Position numbers and translations under genes: made by a program | In this document: in pieces, positions 1 through 14,886 of the stretch | How the letters are laid out: each line of letters starts with the position of its first letter | How positions within the stretch are numbered: the stretch's first letter is position 1 | Source: Guillardia theta CCMP2712 | Taxonomy: Eukaryota; Protista; Cryptophyta | Direction of reading: 5' to 3' | Assembly (NCBI RefSeq): GCF_000315625.1 | Contig: NW_005434466.1 | Location: 1-56,876, forward strand | DNA length: 56,876 nucleotides | The notes under the pieces: generated by a model | What the model saw: the letters and a program-made list of their open reading frames with translations, nothing else | Told to the model about the DNA's origin: nothing | The model's database searches: none

Positions 1-23
1 TCTTCTCCTTCTGTTCTGATTAC

Positions 24-1927
24 CTTCCATGGTGGCATGCTTTCCAAGATCTCCTTCTTCCCGTACAGGAAACCTGCTCTCCCGTCAACTCTCTCAATCC
101 TCTTTCCTCCCCCGTGACCACTACCTTGCCCCCTCTCCCTCCCTCCGTCCCTCCGTCCCTCCGTCCCTCCGTCCCTCCGTCCCTCCACTCTCTCTCTCTC
201 TCTCTCTCTCCCTCCCTCGCTCTCTCCCTCCCCTCCCCCCTCTCTCTCGCTCTCGCTCTCGCTCTCGCTCTCGCTCTCTCTCCCCCTCTCCCCCTCTCTC
301 CCTCTCCCTACCTGATCCGCTGGGGCCACAGAGCTTGTGACCGGAGGCGACGAGGAAGTCGCAGTCGAGGAGGCGAACGTCCAGGGGCATGTGAGGAGCA
401 GACTGGCAGGCGTCCAGCAGAATTTTCGCGCCGACCGCATGAGCAGCAGCGACGATTTCTTGCACGGGGTTGATACACCCGAGCATGTTGGAGACGTGGA
501 CGACGGCTACGATCTTGGTCTTGTCGGACAGGATGGAGCTGTTGTGAGATTAGGACAAGGGAGAGGGTACGTTAGGACAGGACAGGGCAGGGCAGGGCAG
601 GAGAGGACAGGAGAGGACAGGACAGGACAAGGAAGTGGAGGCCAGGAGAGGATAAGAGGGGACATGAGGATTGGAAAGGAGAGGGGTGGAGCATGATGGT
701 ACCGGAAGTGATCCATATCAAAACCTTGTTGGGAATTGAGCTGAAAGAAATGTCACAGGCGATCATCTCCTCCTCTCCCTCCCTCCTTCTTCTCCATGCC
801 CTCTTCTTCCCCTCTTCCCTCCCCTTCCCCTCCTCCTCTCTGCTTCCCCTCCGCCTTCCCTCCCCCTCTCCCTGCTCCCCTCTCCCTGCTCCCTGCTCCC
901 TGCTCCCTGCTCCCTGCTCCCTGCTCCCTGCTCCTGCTCCCTCCTCCTCCCTCCTCCTCCCTCCTCCTCCCTCCTCCTTCCCTCACCTTAACATGCTTCA
1001 ACACGGCTCCCGTCTTGCTTGCAACGAGCTGCCATGGGACGATGTTGCTATGATGTTCCATCTCGCTGATGATGATTTCATCCCCTCCTTCAGATTGCTC
1101 ATACCCCACGAGTACGCGACCAGGTTGATCGCCTCTGTTGCCCCGCTCGTGAACACGATCTCCTCCCTCCTCGCGTTCACAAACTTTGCGACGATCTCGC
1201 GCGCTCCCTCGTACATGTCGGTAGCTTTCACAGACAGGGCATGCGACCCTCGGTGAACATTCGAGTTGCTCTCCTCGTAGAACTTCTTCATCGCCTCCAG
1301 CACCTGCACCGGCTTCTGGCTCGTTGCCGCGCCTGAGGTGCCGTGAGAGGCAGAGACGGGCAAGCAGAGGAGAGGAAAGGTGTATTGATGTTGGCAGAAC
1401 GCACACTGACTGAGTTGGTGAGGGGGGGGAGGAGGGAGGAGAAGGAGAAGGGGAGGAAGAGAAAGAGGGAAAGAGGGAAAGAGGGAAAGCAGTGGGCAGA
1501 GAGGTGAGTGGGAGGAGCTTACTATCAAGATAGATAAGATCTTTTCCTCCATGCACTTTCTGTTTCAGGATGGGGAAATCTTTCCTAACTTCCTTTCCAA
1601 GGCTGAGGCTCGTGGAGCTCGCCTGAGGTAACGGCTCTCAGTTGAAAGAAGAGAAAACAATCATATCATCCATCAGGTCGTGTCAACAATAGCATGACAC
1701 TCAGAGCAGGAACTGCTCGTCATGCAGAACGCCATGCAAGGTGTCCAAGCACACTAGAGCGCAAACAAGGTAACCCGCATCATGCTGACCTTGAGCTGGT
1801 GGTGGATCCCCCGATAGCCCATGGAGCTGGTCAGGTGAGGAGCTCTGAACGTGCAGACTTGTCGGACCCCCAGCCCTGCCACTAGCAGCAGCATCCTCCA
1901 CGCCCACGCTACTCTTGCCCTCGACAT
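24..1927 (-). CDS. sufS: Plastid-type cysteine desulfurase (SufS/cpNifS), multi-exon, runs off the left edge; apparent 1-nt frameshift near 1083
   Basis: Spliced exons read ...RKDFPIL...LIYLDS|AATSQKP...NSNVHRGSH...[16 protein letters not shown]...[12 protein letters not shown]...VHVSNMLG...[10 protein letters not shown]...[10 protein letters not shown]|GFLYGK, i.e. class-V aminotransferase SufS motifs with the PLP lysine in SGHK. GT-AG boundaries are found. The N-terminus [27 protein letters not shown] looks like a bipartite plastid-targeting sequence. Confidence 0.92.
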
Positions 1928-2264
1928 GCGCGATCTGAGCAAGGGGGGGCAAGTTGTTTATATCCTCATAGCGGCCCGGGGGCCGGTCCCCGGGCCCGCG
2001 GCCGGCGGCCGGCGGCCAGTGCTACGGGCATGATCTGCCGCGGCGGAGTCTCCGCGGGCCCGGCAGGGGGTGACTCAGACTCAGAGGTCGGTTATTTCAC
2101 AGTCATGAGTCAAGTTTATTTACAGTACACTGAGACCACCGTGGGACTCAGTGAAGCAGACGGCACGGTACTACCGTAACAATCACGCGACTGATCAGTG
2201 CGGTTGGACGGTCGAAGCCTCAGTCTACTCAGTGAGGGGCCGCGGGTCCGTCACTGCTCAGGCT

Positions 2265-3581
2265 TCACCCAACCAGTTTCAAGAGAGAATTGGTGCTCCT
2301 GCAGAGGAAGCAGTCAGTGAGTTGAACCCAACAGTCATCGATAATGATATGTCCTCACCAGGGCAGGAAGACTAGATCGACCTCGTGGTACACGAAGCAC
2401 ATCATGTCGCTTGGCTGGGCGCCATCGATCCTCTGGAGGCAAGGGTGCTCACGGATACAAACCCAGGATTCCAGAGGAGGCTCCATCATCAGCCCCAGCC
2501 CTCCCGTTGCCGCCGTTCCATTTCTCAGCAGCTCCAGCATCGCTGCCCAATCCCTTTGCTCAACACACTCCGGGAAGGAGAGCAAAGAAGTATCAACCAA
2601 GGGGAGCGGGGTACTTGCAGAGCTGGAATTGACAGCACTGGTGGCGTTGAAGATATCAGCGCTAGGGTCAGCATCGCTGGAATGGTGAGGGGGCAACACA
2701 AGGACCGTGTGAATGCCGACAACGATGCGTCCTCCACCATCGTAGAAGTTTGAAGTGTTGGCGAGCGCACGGACGTCCAGTTGTGAAGGAGGGATCAAAC
2801 TGCAGTCACCGATGTAACTTCTAGCATACTCCTGCCACTGAAATAGCCGTGACGGGTATAATCTTTCACCATTTTGCTCGATGTGCCCTATCGTCCATCC
2901 ACAGCCCGTGTTTAATATTTTCCAGGCTTCGTCGCCGTTTTTGCGAAAGCAGTGACTGGAATCATCTCTGCCAGGAGAAATACCTTCACCGTGGGCGCAG
3001 TTGAAGGCCTCGCAGTACTCCCCTGCCATGTCCGAAGGGAGGCTTGTCGAATCCAACTCAACCCTGATGTGCGGGTAGCATGGAGTCACGTCAGTGGTCA
3101 CATTCTGACACAACCGTGCTAGTACAGTTGAATCTAATGCCATTGCCAACAGTGGCCAAGAAGCATAATAGCACGTCAATTGATTGAAACCGACGTCAAT
3201 AGAAGACAGCTGAGTGCAGTTTGAAAATGCATCGGGTGCTATGCTGGACAATTGGTTGTATCTGAGGTCGAGAAGTTGTAGACTACTGAGACCATCGAAC
3301 AATCCTTGTGAAATATTTGTCAGCTGGTTGTGTGAAAGGTCAAGGTATGTCATGTCTGCAAGTCCGTCGAAGGTTCCTCGTTCGATCTCAGCAATCCCAG
3401 CAGCCTTCAACACGCAGGGCCCAGTGCCTGCCAAGCAGCTTCCCGTCCTTTGAAGCAGACCTGCGTCTGATACAGTGAAGGAGCAGTTCCCACACATGAC
3501 GTTGGTAGCGCCTTCCGTTTGCGTTGTCCAACCCCCGAGTACAAGCAGCGCCATCACTAGCGCCGGAGCTGTCCCTGCCAT
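2265..3581 (-). CDS. Secreted leucine-rich-repeat protein (signal peptide, Cys cap, ~4 LRRs, Cys-rich C-terminal region)
   Basis: ORF 2355..3581 has a hydrophobic N-terminus and LRRs such as MTYLDLSHNQL, LQLLDLRYNQL and LSSIDVGFNQL. A probable 60-nt GT-AG intron (2299-2358) with a CTGAC branch site extends the C-terminus to a TGA at 2265. Confidence 0.82.
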
Positions 3582-3639
3582 GCTGGCCAAAGATACTAGT
3601 TCCCCGGACCTCCCCTACCATCCGGACTACGTTGGGGTC

Positions 3640-3830
3640 CCACCCACCACCGTGACGACCACCACCACCACCTGCTGACTCGGACCACCACCACCACCAC
3701 CACCACCACCACCACCACCACCGTACTGTGACGGTACCGTAGTACACCACCACAACCCGGCTGGTGACCACCCCCGGCACCACCACCGCCACCACCCCCG
3801 GCACAACCCCCGGCACCACCCCCGGCACCC
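3640..3830. repeat. (CCA)n microsatellite and CCCCGGCAC(C/A)A short tandem repeats
   Basis: Directly visible low-complexity tract just upstream of the LRR gene start. Confidence 0.85.
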
Positions 3831-3904
3831 TACAGTACGGACAGTCAGCCCTGACGGTCCCCAGCAGCCTTGTAAGGTGTCGTACAATTGACCTGGACTC
3901 TCGT

Positions 3905-4303
3905 CACTACTGACCCGCACCTGGTACTGAATACTTGTTAACTTAACTTTTGAATACTATTGATCACTACTGCCACGGTACCAATGAACCGCACCTGGTA
4001 CTGAATACTTGTTAACTTAACTTTGAATACTGTTGATCACTACTGCCACGGTACCAATGACCCGCACCTGGTACTGAATATAATTGATTATTGACTACCA
4101 CACCATGGTACTGAATACCGTAGTACTCAGTGTTGATCACTACTGACCGACCGACTGACACGATGGTACCAATGACCCGCACCTGGTACTGAATATAATT
4201 CAGTGATTATTGCTCCTGTTGATCACTACTGACTACGTAAAAGACTACCAGGTACCGGACAATTGTTTACTCAAAACCAGGTACCAATGACCCTCACCTG
4301 GTT
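3905..4303. repeat. Degenerate modular minisatellite with core GGTACCAATGACCCGCACCTGGTACTGAATA
   Basis: The core recurs at ~3911 (partial), 3977, 4050, 4165 and 4280 (partial), spaced 73/115/115 bp. A second module TTGATCACTACTG recurs between cores. Confidence 0.88.
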
Positions 4304-4746
4304 CGGTTGCCAAGTTGACGCGGCCCGGCGCTGCCGCGGCCCGCCCGGGCCCGTCACGGCGTGCTAGGCCCCTACGGATTGACACTGTACTACCGAAGTA
4401 CTGGTGACCCGCCCGGCCCCTGGTACGCCGCCCAAGCTCAGCGGCTAGTCAGCTCTTTGTCACCGGCGATCCCAGGGCGCCGTAGCCAGGAACGGGGGCC
4501 GACTCCCCGGGCCCGGTCTTCAGTGTGCTACTTGAGAAACTCGGTGACGCCGGGCATCTGAACGTAGGGCCACAGTTTAGCGGCCGAGCAGGGCCACATA
4601 CAGCTGGCCCTGGGTCACCAGTCCACCCGGTTTTGCGGGGACCGGGCCGGGATCGGATAGTGCAGCTACCAGCCACGAAAGTTCGGAGGTTTTAAAGCTT
4701 CATTTTTGAAGTTTGTGAGGTAAGAAGAAGGAGGAGAACGAGAAGA

Positions 4747-6613
4747 CTACAACGTCTGATAGCCTTCTGTGCTGTCTCCGCCTCTCCTGCGGCACAGGAA
4801 CTGAGTGAGGAGGGGAGGGAAGGAGCACACAAAGGCAGGTAATAACACAGAGGAGGACATCAATGAGCACTGAACAGGTCAAGACAGCAACGTTGGACCA
4901 AGTAGGAGCATGGGAGGAGAAGGAGGAAGCCAGCAGCTCACCGTGAGGTGGAGGAAAATCCTCCGACTCCTCCACTGCGGCTCATCAGGGCTTCAGCAAG
5001 GTCCCTGCACACCATCAAAGTTCAGCGGCTTCCAGCTCAGCAGCAGCAGCAGCAATTTCACCGAGCCATGTGGATATACTCGATGCCGGGGATAATGTCC
5101 TCGCCCCTGAGGTGAGAGACGTTAAGGAGGCAGAGGAGAGAGCAGGAAGGAGGGAGAGGGGGAGAGAGGGGGAGAGAGGGAGAGAGAGGGAGAGGAAGAG
5201 AGGGAGAGGGAGAGGAAGAGGGAGAGGGAGAGGGAGAGGGAGAGGGAGAGGGAGAGGGAGAGGGAGAGGGAGAGGGATGGAGGAGGATGGAGGGAGAGGG
5301 ACAGTGGGAGAACGAGCGGAGAGAAAAAGAGTAGCAGATGGTAGGAGGAAGAGGAATTGAAGAGAGTGACGGCTGGGCACCTTCTCTGCTGTACAGAGTA
5401 GTTGTATGCGCATCCCATCACGCAGAAAGCGACGATCTGCAGGGACGATGAGCTCAATGGAGAGAGAAGGGGAGCGGCTCACGAGGAGGAACGAGACCAT
5501 GACGAACACAGTGAAGGCATTGCTCTTGTCCGATCCAGACTGCAGGTTGAGGATGTCAGCACAGTGAAGGATCTCCTCCTCCTCCTCCTCCTCCTCCTCC
5601 TCCTCCTCACCTCTCCCATCCCACACTCATAGGTGAAGGCGAAGTCACAGGGGTAGTACTGGTTCGCAAAGCTGATCTCCACGTGCACGTCGGCGAGGCC
5701 TGTCTGGTAGCAGTGGAAGTCCAGCTGGAGCATGAGCATGTCCCGGGTGTCAACCAGCCCTCCTCTCGCTGCCGACCCCGACATGGTCACCGCAAGGATG
5801 TGCGGCTGGTCGGTGAAGACGTCGGGCGCATCGACCTCCTGCGAGGCGGGCAGCCCTTGCAGGTCCTCGTCAGCCATCATGAGGTAGAAGACGGCCGAGC
5901 TCACGTCCCCAGGGATGACCGCGCGGTCATGCGCCACTGAAGGGATATCCTCGTCCGTCCACCCTGGCATCACCTCCCCGTCCTTGATAACCACCTTGGA
6001 GATATCCTCCTCGATCCCCGTCGAAGCGTCGTAAACATCGAAGCCCTTCCTATAGTTTGGAATCCCGACCGGGCAGTTCACGACCATGTGGACTTCTCCC
6101 ACGCACCCGGTGTCGTACGCCGCACAGACGCATGGGGCAGACTGTAGGTTGCAGGCAGAGTTGGACTGCTCGAGGTAGGAGGGGCAGCCTTGGCAGTGGA
6201 TGTAAACGTCAGCTTGCCTGGCGTTCGTCTCGCACCCTTGACCCCTGTCTCCGTTCTCGTACATCATGTAGAACGTGTCTGACGGCTGATGGAACTTGAT
6301 GCTGCCTGCTCCTCCCGTGAAGGTCCCGTAGTCGTGCAGGTTTGAATAGACTCCGTTACACAAATGGACGGTCCACTTGGAGTTCCCATCCCTTGTTGTG
6401 GTGTTGGTGAACTGTACCTGAACGCCTGAGAGAGGGCTCCAGTCCCAACTCTCCATGTTAGTCTTAACTTTCGGGCAATCGGCATTAGAGAGGTCTGCAG
6501 GACAGAAGAAGAACGTTCAGAAACGCATGAAAACAAACAGAAAGAGTTCAGAACATGCTGTTACCTATACATGAGATCAGGACGAAAATGAAGGCGACTC
6601 GCCCGACCAGCAT
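4747..6613 (-). CDS. Type-I membrane protein, ATG27 / cation-dependent mannose-6-phosphate-receptor-like
   Basis: Spliced signal peptide MLVGRVAFIFVLISCI|DLSNA. MRH-like Cys pattern (WTVHLCNG...YENGD..GC...RQADVYIHC...C). TM followed by GCAYNYSVQQRR|GEDIIPG, matching the family YN...RG.(D/E).IP motif. C-terminal EGYQTL* is a YxxL sorting signal. Confidence 0.72.
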
Positions 6614-8267
6614 TCTTGATCCCCTGCAGCCCACGCGTCATTATCAAACAATCGATGGCATTCATGGAGCAGAACACGTCCTCAACCCCTTCCACCATCA
6701 CGACTTATATATTCGTCCCGTGGTCCCCAAACCCCACGTGCATTGCATCAAACTTTGAAGGGAGGGTTGAACATAATCTTTTCACTTGATCGACAGAGAT
6801 ATCCTCACTCTTCATGAAAAGCTGCAGCTCATCCTACCCCAATGCTGATCTGTCATTCTATATCCTTCTCAAAGTCTCACAATCGCGGACCTTGCTTTGA
6901 ATACTTCTGTGTGGTCACGTTCTCTGATCTTTACGCCTTCTTCATGATTCTCTCCCGTTCTTCTCTTTGCATCGTTATACATCATTCTTTACATTCTTAC
7001 ATCTCTCTCCTCTCTTTTCAGAGCTCCAACTCGTTGTCCGTCCCTCATGAATTTCCCGACTTCCAATCCGCTGCCTGCATCCCATTCTGAGGTTTACACT
7101 CCATTCACTGCATACTCTCACTCACTCTACTCCTCATCTTGACCTTTCCTTTATCCTCCTTTCATCCTTTGCCCTTCTCTCCCTCTCTTCCTGCTCGACC
7201 CCCCCTCTTCCCTCCCTTGAATCTGTTTTCCTAGCCGTGGCATTTTCGTCGTCATCAATGTCGGTTACAGGAGTGATTTTCCGTTACGCTTGTCCTCAAT
7301 GCCGGGCGGCCAGCTTCCTTGGCCCGGGCCCGCCCGGTGATTATTGAAATATATATTTATATTCATATTTTTCTTTGGTACCAGAAAGAATCCCCTCGAT
7401 GTATAAATTTGGTAGAAAGTTTCAATGTGATTGACGATTACTATATAAATTGTTTTCAGTCAACAATTGAATCTGGAACTGATTAAAAAAAGGCTTTTTG
7501 CTTGTGCCTCTGAGGAAGAACCCCTGCGATCTTCTGTAAACCAAGGGGTGGGATGCTTTTGTATACTGGGGTCCTGCAACATGAAGGGTGGGTAGCAATT
7601 CATCAACCAAATGGTGGGTACTTGATGGATAAAGTAGGGGTACTCAAAGTTTAAATGGGTGTGTGGCTGATCCAGTGGGGTGGGTGTTTTGTGAAAGGGG
7701 GTATCCTGTTGTCGAACTTGACTATTGACGTGTTGATTGTTCATAGTCAATTTATTTTGTTTTGAGTACCCCTCCTTTCAAGTTTAATTTACTTTTATAG
7801 TACCCCTTCTATCCTCATCTCATCCTTCTTGTGGGTTCTGTAGTCAATTTGCGTTACCCCCGAGGAATGCTGGGGGTGCGGGGAGTGGAAGAAGAAAATC
7901 GAGGATGAAGATGCAAGGGGAGGGAGGATGGAGACGAGAGGACGAGTAGCTAAGTTGCAAGAAGCTGATAGCTGTCTAGAGGAGGAGGACGATGCCTGCA
8001 TGAGGAAGGAAACATCAAAGACAAGATTACTAGACAGTAGAGGAACGAGAGTAGGATCAAAGGGGTGGAAGAAGGCGAGGAAGAAGGGAAAATGATAACT
8101 TCAATAGAGCGTATATTCAACAAATGGAAAGAAAGAGACGGTGTCGAACCATGTCTGGCACAGCAACCGTGTTGGAGCTCCTCATTTTTTCTCATTGCTT
8201 CATCGCAGGTATTTTACTTCGGACACACTCCCTGGAGGCCAGCCGACACGTGTGCCATTAGTAAGAT

Positions 8268-10714
8268 ATGAAGCCGTTTGCAACAGCACTTTCTCATATC
8301 TCAAAGAATACTTCTGTTCAGCTCAGAGAGTGGAAATGTCTGATCGAGAACTTTCGGTTTGCTGTGCAGCAGAGTCAATGGAGCAGGAGCGATTATCACG
8401 GCCGTCGATATCACAACGCGGGGAGCAGGAGCTTGGTGTCGTTTGCTTCCAGCAAGCATGGATACTACAAGCGCCATCCTCGCTTCGTCCAGTCGACTCC
8501 CATGGTGAAGAAGGTATCCAATGAGCGGGACACTTACTACAAGTTGAGAATCCACACTGGGGACCTCAGGGGAGCAGGGACCAACGAGCGCGTATACGTG
8601 CGGCTGCATGGGGAGAATGGAAGCTCTGATCAGCTCCCTCTTGCTGTCGAACTGCAGAGAGCCATGACGGTAGAGGCTATCCTGAAAGTGCAAGGTGACC
8701 TTGGGATCTTGGAGAGGATGGAGGTTGGCTTCGTGAACGCGGAGGAGGCGGAGAAGAAGCAGGGGGCGGGTTGGCTGCTGGATCGAGTGGAGGTGACGAG
8801 GATCGACGGGGAAGGGCGACACTTCCCCAAGGCCGTCGTCTTCCCCTGCCAGCGGTGGATCGGTCAGAGCGAGAGCGGGTCGAGGAGCGGAAAGAGTGTG
8901 CAGACCCTCTTCCCGATGGCTACAGAGCAGTCGTATCCCTGGAGATGGGGAGCACATGAGCGCCCGGTATGGAGGAAGCATGCGGGGTCGGGAGACCTCT
9001 CCCTTTGCACGGTGGCAGCTGCCGTACCCCATCCTAACAAGGTCGCCAAGGGAGCTCGGGGCTACATTACGAGGGAGTTCGGGTACGCCGGGGAGGATGC
9101 GTTCGTCATAGTCAACCAGGGGCCCCTGCAGCTGATCGCGGTGGCGGACGGGGTTGCGAGCTGGTGGGAGCTGGGTATCGATGCCGGGGAGTACTCGAGG
9201 CTGCTGCTCTCGTGTGTGAAGGAGACCGCCCTTGAGATCCTGCAGCAGACAATGATGCCCGAGGCCGGGGTGGGGACGGAGGAGATGATGCGTCAGGAGC
9301 CAAACAGTGAGCCCAAGTACTTGGATCCCGTCAACCTCCTGCAGCAAGCATGGGACAAGGTCAGGAGGACTCCGAGCGCGGCAGGGTCGTGCACGGCCTG
9401 CATCCTGATGCTTGATGGGTCAACCAACACAGTGAGGGCAGCAAACTTGGGTGACTCTGGCTTCATGATCGTCAGGATCATCTCGCTGGAGAGACGTGAG
9501 CTACCCTCCTCCCGTCCTCCCTCCGCCACCCAGTCCTCTTCCCTTCTCCCCTCCTCCTCCTTCCCTTGACTTTTTCACTCCTACTTCCCATCCTCACTTC
9601 TGCAACAGGCGGGCTCCCCATCCTGAACACCAACGCCTTCAACAACGTCGTTGAAATCGCTCCTGAGAGCGCGAACTTGCCCATCAAGACTGCCAACTAC
9701 TCGGCTTCAGGGCAGCAGAAGGTGTACGGGAGAACACCTCCTCGTCCCCGCTTCCAGGTGATCTATCGCTCTCCTCCGGGTGAACATGCCCTGGGACGGC
9801 CGTATCAGGTTGATGCCAGCTGTGCTCGATGCTGCTACCCTCACACTCCCGCAGCTGGGGCATCATCAGGGGACAGACTCACCAGAGATTGCAGAGAAGA
9901 TAGAGGTGAAGATGCGTCCTTGACTTGTCTGGTCCTCCCCACCTTGTCCTCTACACTCTTCACACCTTTCCTCATCCCAGCCTTCTCCGGCACTCCTTCC
10001 CTTTCTATTCCACCCACTTGAGCTGCTTGCTTATTGTCCTGGCGCTGACGATGCCGCAGCTGGAGGTGAGGGAGGGAGACTTCGTCATCATGGGGACAGA
10101 CGGACTTTTTGACAACCTCGGTCAGTCGAGCTCCTCCCTAGCCTCCTTTCCTGCTCTCCTTCAAAATTCGTCATCGTCACACAACAACAGGAGAGGACGC
10201 GATCGCTGCGAGGATCCTGCAGGCTTACAACATGATGCGCATCGACGGGAAAGTAGCGAGGTGAGCTGAGAAATCCTTCATCCCCCCCTGCTGGGATGAC
10301 GCTCTTGAATCAACAGGGCAGTCTGCAGCTGGGCCTCGCAGGCTCTCCTCAACGATGCTTTCAATGTGAGTGCTGACGTGGCGGGTGGCGGTGGGGCTGA
10401 CGCTGAGGAAAGACTTCACTGTCCAAGACCGCCATCACCCCGTTCTCCATAGCTGCTTCCGAGGAGCTGGACCTTGCCTACAGGTACGAGGCGCTGATAT
10501 CTCCTCGCCTCCGCCGTCTCCCCTCAACCGACTCACTCACTTCATCCTGTCTCTTCTCTCCCACTCACCCCTCTCACTCACTTCATCCTGTCCCTTCTCT
10601 CCCACTCAACCCTCTCACTCGCTGCAACTTGGTACTCACTGTGAGGTCAGCGGAGGGAAGATGGATGATATCAGTGTGCTCGTCGGCATGGTAGAGCATC
10701 AGGTTCAGGCATAA
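8268..10714 (+). CDS. PLAT/LH2 domain fused to a PTC7-type PP2C protein phosphatase, multi-exon
   Basis: PLAT: YKLRIHTGDLRGAGTNERVYVRLHGENG...WLLDRVEV...FPCQRWI. PTC7/PP2C motifs: GEDAF, VADGVASW, GSCTAC, ANLGDSGF, PYQ, GDFVIMGTDGLFDNL, GGKMDDISVLVG, the later ones in separate GT-AG exons. Confidence 0.88.
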
Positions 10715-10830
10715 CACGATCCTTGTCTCTTCTCCGCCTTTCAGCCTTTCGCTTCCTCCCCCGTGCCCTCCATAGCTCACATTGACATTGACATACTTTA
10801 TTACATTCAATTTCCTCTCCTCATTGACAC

Positions 10831-13074
<2,244 letters not shown>

Positions 13075-14886
13075 AGAAAATTACAAGCACTCGTGACAAA
13101 AATCCGGAAGCTCAAACGGATAGTGCTTCCAGCATAGGACGGGATTCAGTCTTCTTCACGCCATGAGCAGTCAGGCAAGCATAGAGAAGGGTAACGTGCT
13201 GCTCTGTCGACAAACCCGTGAGAAGATTGCTTGTCGGGAAGCAGAAGGCCCCTGCGAGAAACACAAATGTTAAGGCAAACGCACCAAAATGGAAAAGCAG
13301 GGTCCACGGCTCGGGTGCCCAGCATCTCTGAAGGAGAGGAGCTACAGCTAGTGATAATATGTGGCTGGAGTGAGGAAGAAGAATGTGATAGAGGACTGGA
13401 GTGATACTGTGAGAAAGTTCTGGCAGCAGAGATCAAGTTGACTTCAAATCCAACTCAATTGTCACAACGCTTTAGTACATGGGCAGCAGGTCATAGATGC
13501 CAATGAACAACAACAGAATGACAAGATGGAAAATGCGATGAAGGATCAAGAAGAAAATGACTGCTCAGATGCAGGACGCTGCTAACATGCAACGAACAAA
13601 AGTCGGGGAATAGGTAGGGGATCCGTTAATCGACATAGTGAGGAAGCAAGGAAGATGAGGAGGGATCAAGGAGATGAGGAGGGAGGCAGGAGATGTCAAG
13701 AGGGAGAGGGAAGGGAAGGGAGGGAGGGAGTATAGTTGGGGGGTCAAGGTGATGGCGATGCTGAGCATTGGGGGAAGAAACGCTGAGCATAGCGAAAAGA
13801 TTGGGGAAAAGGTACAGGGGGATTAGAGACGGTAGGGGTACTCGATAGGGGGGTCAGGGGTACCACTTAATTCAAATTCGTTTCAAAAGACCCCAGAAAA
13901 AGATAGAGAAAAGAGGGGTACAGATTGCGATGTGGGGTACTAAGAAAGTGGCTGGGGGTAGTTGCAAGAGGCATTGCGAAGATAAGCTAGCTGATTTAAT
14001 ATATATATTTAAACTTTACAATTATTATAGAATAGGGAAAAGTTTTATTATTGGTGAGAGTGTGAAAGGCTGAAACATTTTACCACTGATGTCACTGATT
14101 TTCCAAACTTGACACGTACATTTCAAACATATTTCACGGTTTGTTTTTAAAAACTGTCCAGTCAAAGAGCGGTACGGAATTATTGTGCTACCATTCTAAC
14201 CGAAGATTCCAGTGGGCGATCGATGTCTGGTAGGGACTAAAATATTTTTGTTGGCCCGATGTACAAAATTATATCTTTATAAGTTGTTTTTAAAAACACT
14301 TCTAAAAGCAGTCAAGTATTATTCTACTCCCTCCCTTTCTGGGCCCCACGTTTCATACTTGATACACTAGTAGAATATAGCCTACCACCTCTCATACCAT
14401 TATTTTTCTACCGAGGGCGACTTGATAGCTCAACACCAAACAATTACACCTCTTTTTAAATCGACGCTGAGATCACAGCTGGGTCTTTCCATGGGGGGTG
14501 GGGGTGTTTTTGCACGAGGTGGGGGTAGTAAACAAGAAGAGGCCATATCATGACAAGATTCGGAATTTAAAAGGGCTCACGACAAAAGAACATGATGGAC
14601 CTTGTCAAAAGAGGGTAGGGGTCCTATTGGATGGGGTCAGGGGGTACTCAGTAGCCTTTGTGGAGAAAGGGTACAAGCAGAAATAAGGTTTGGATCGCCA
14701 AAAAGTATTATAGTATTTATATATGTTCTAATTGATGGTACAAACAACAATGTTAACAAAAATATTAAAACGGCTCAACGAAGGGCGCGGCACGGGTGGT
14801 GGTGCTACAAGTCACGTCCCCTAGTTGGGGACCTGACAGAACGAGGGACGTGACCTGTCATGACTCCATGGGGAAAGGCTCCATGA

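Noticed and set aside
3905-4303. CRISPR array
   Set aside because: The spacers are related to each other (the first two are nearly identical), the period is irregular, there are no cas genes, and the context is eukaryotic.
8301-9347. 348-aa antisense ORF
   Set aside because: Shadow of the GC-rich PLAT-PP2C coding strand; no motifs.
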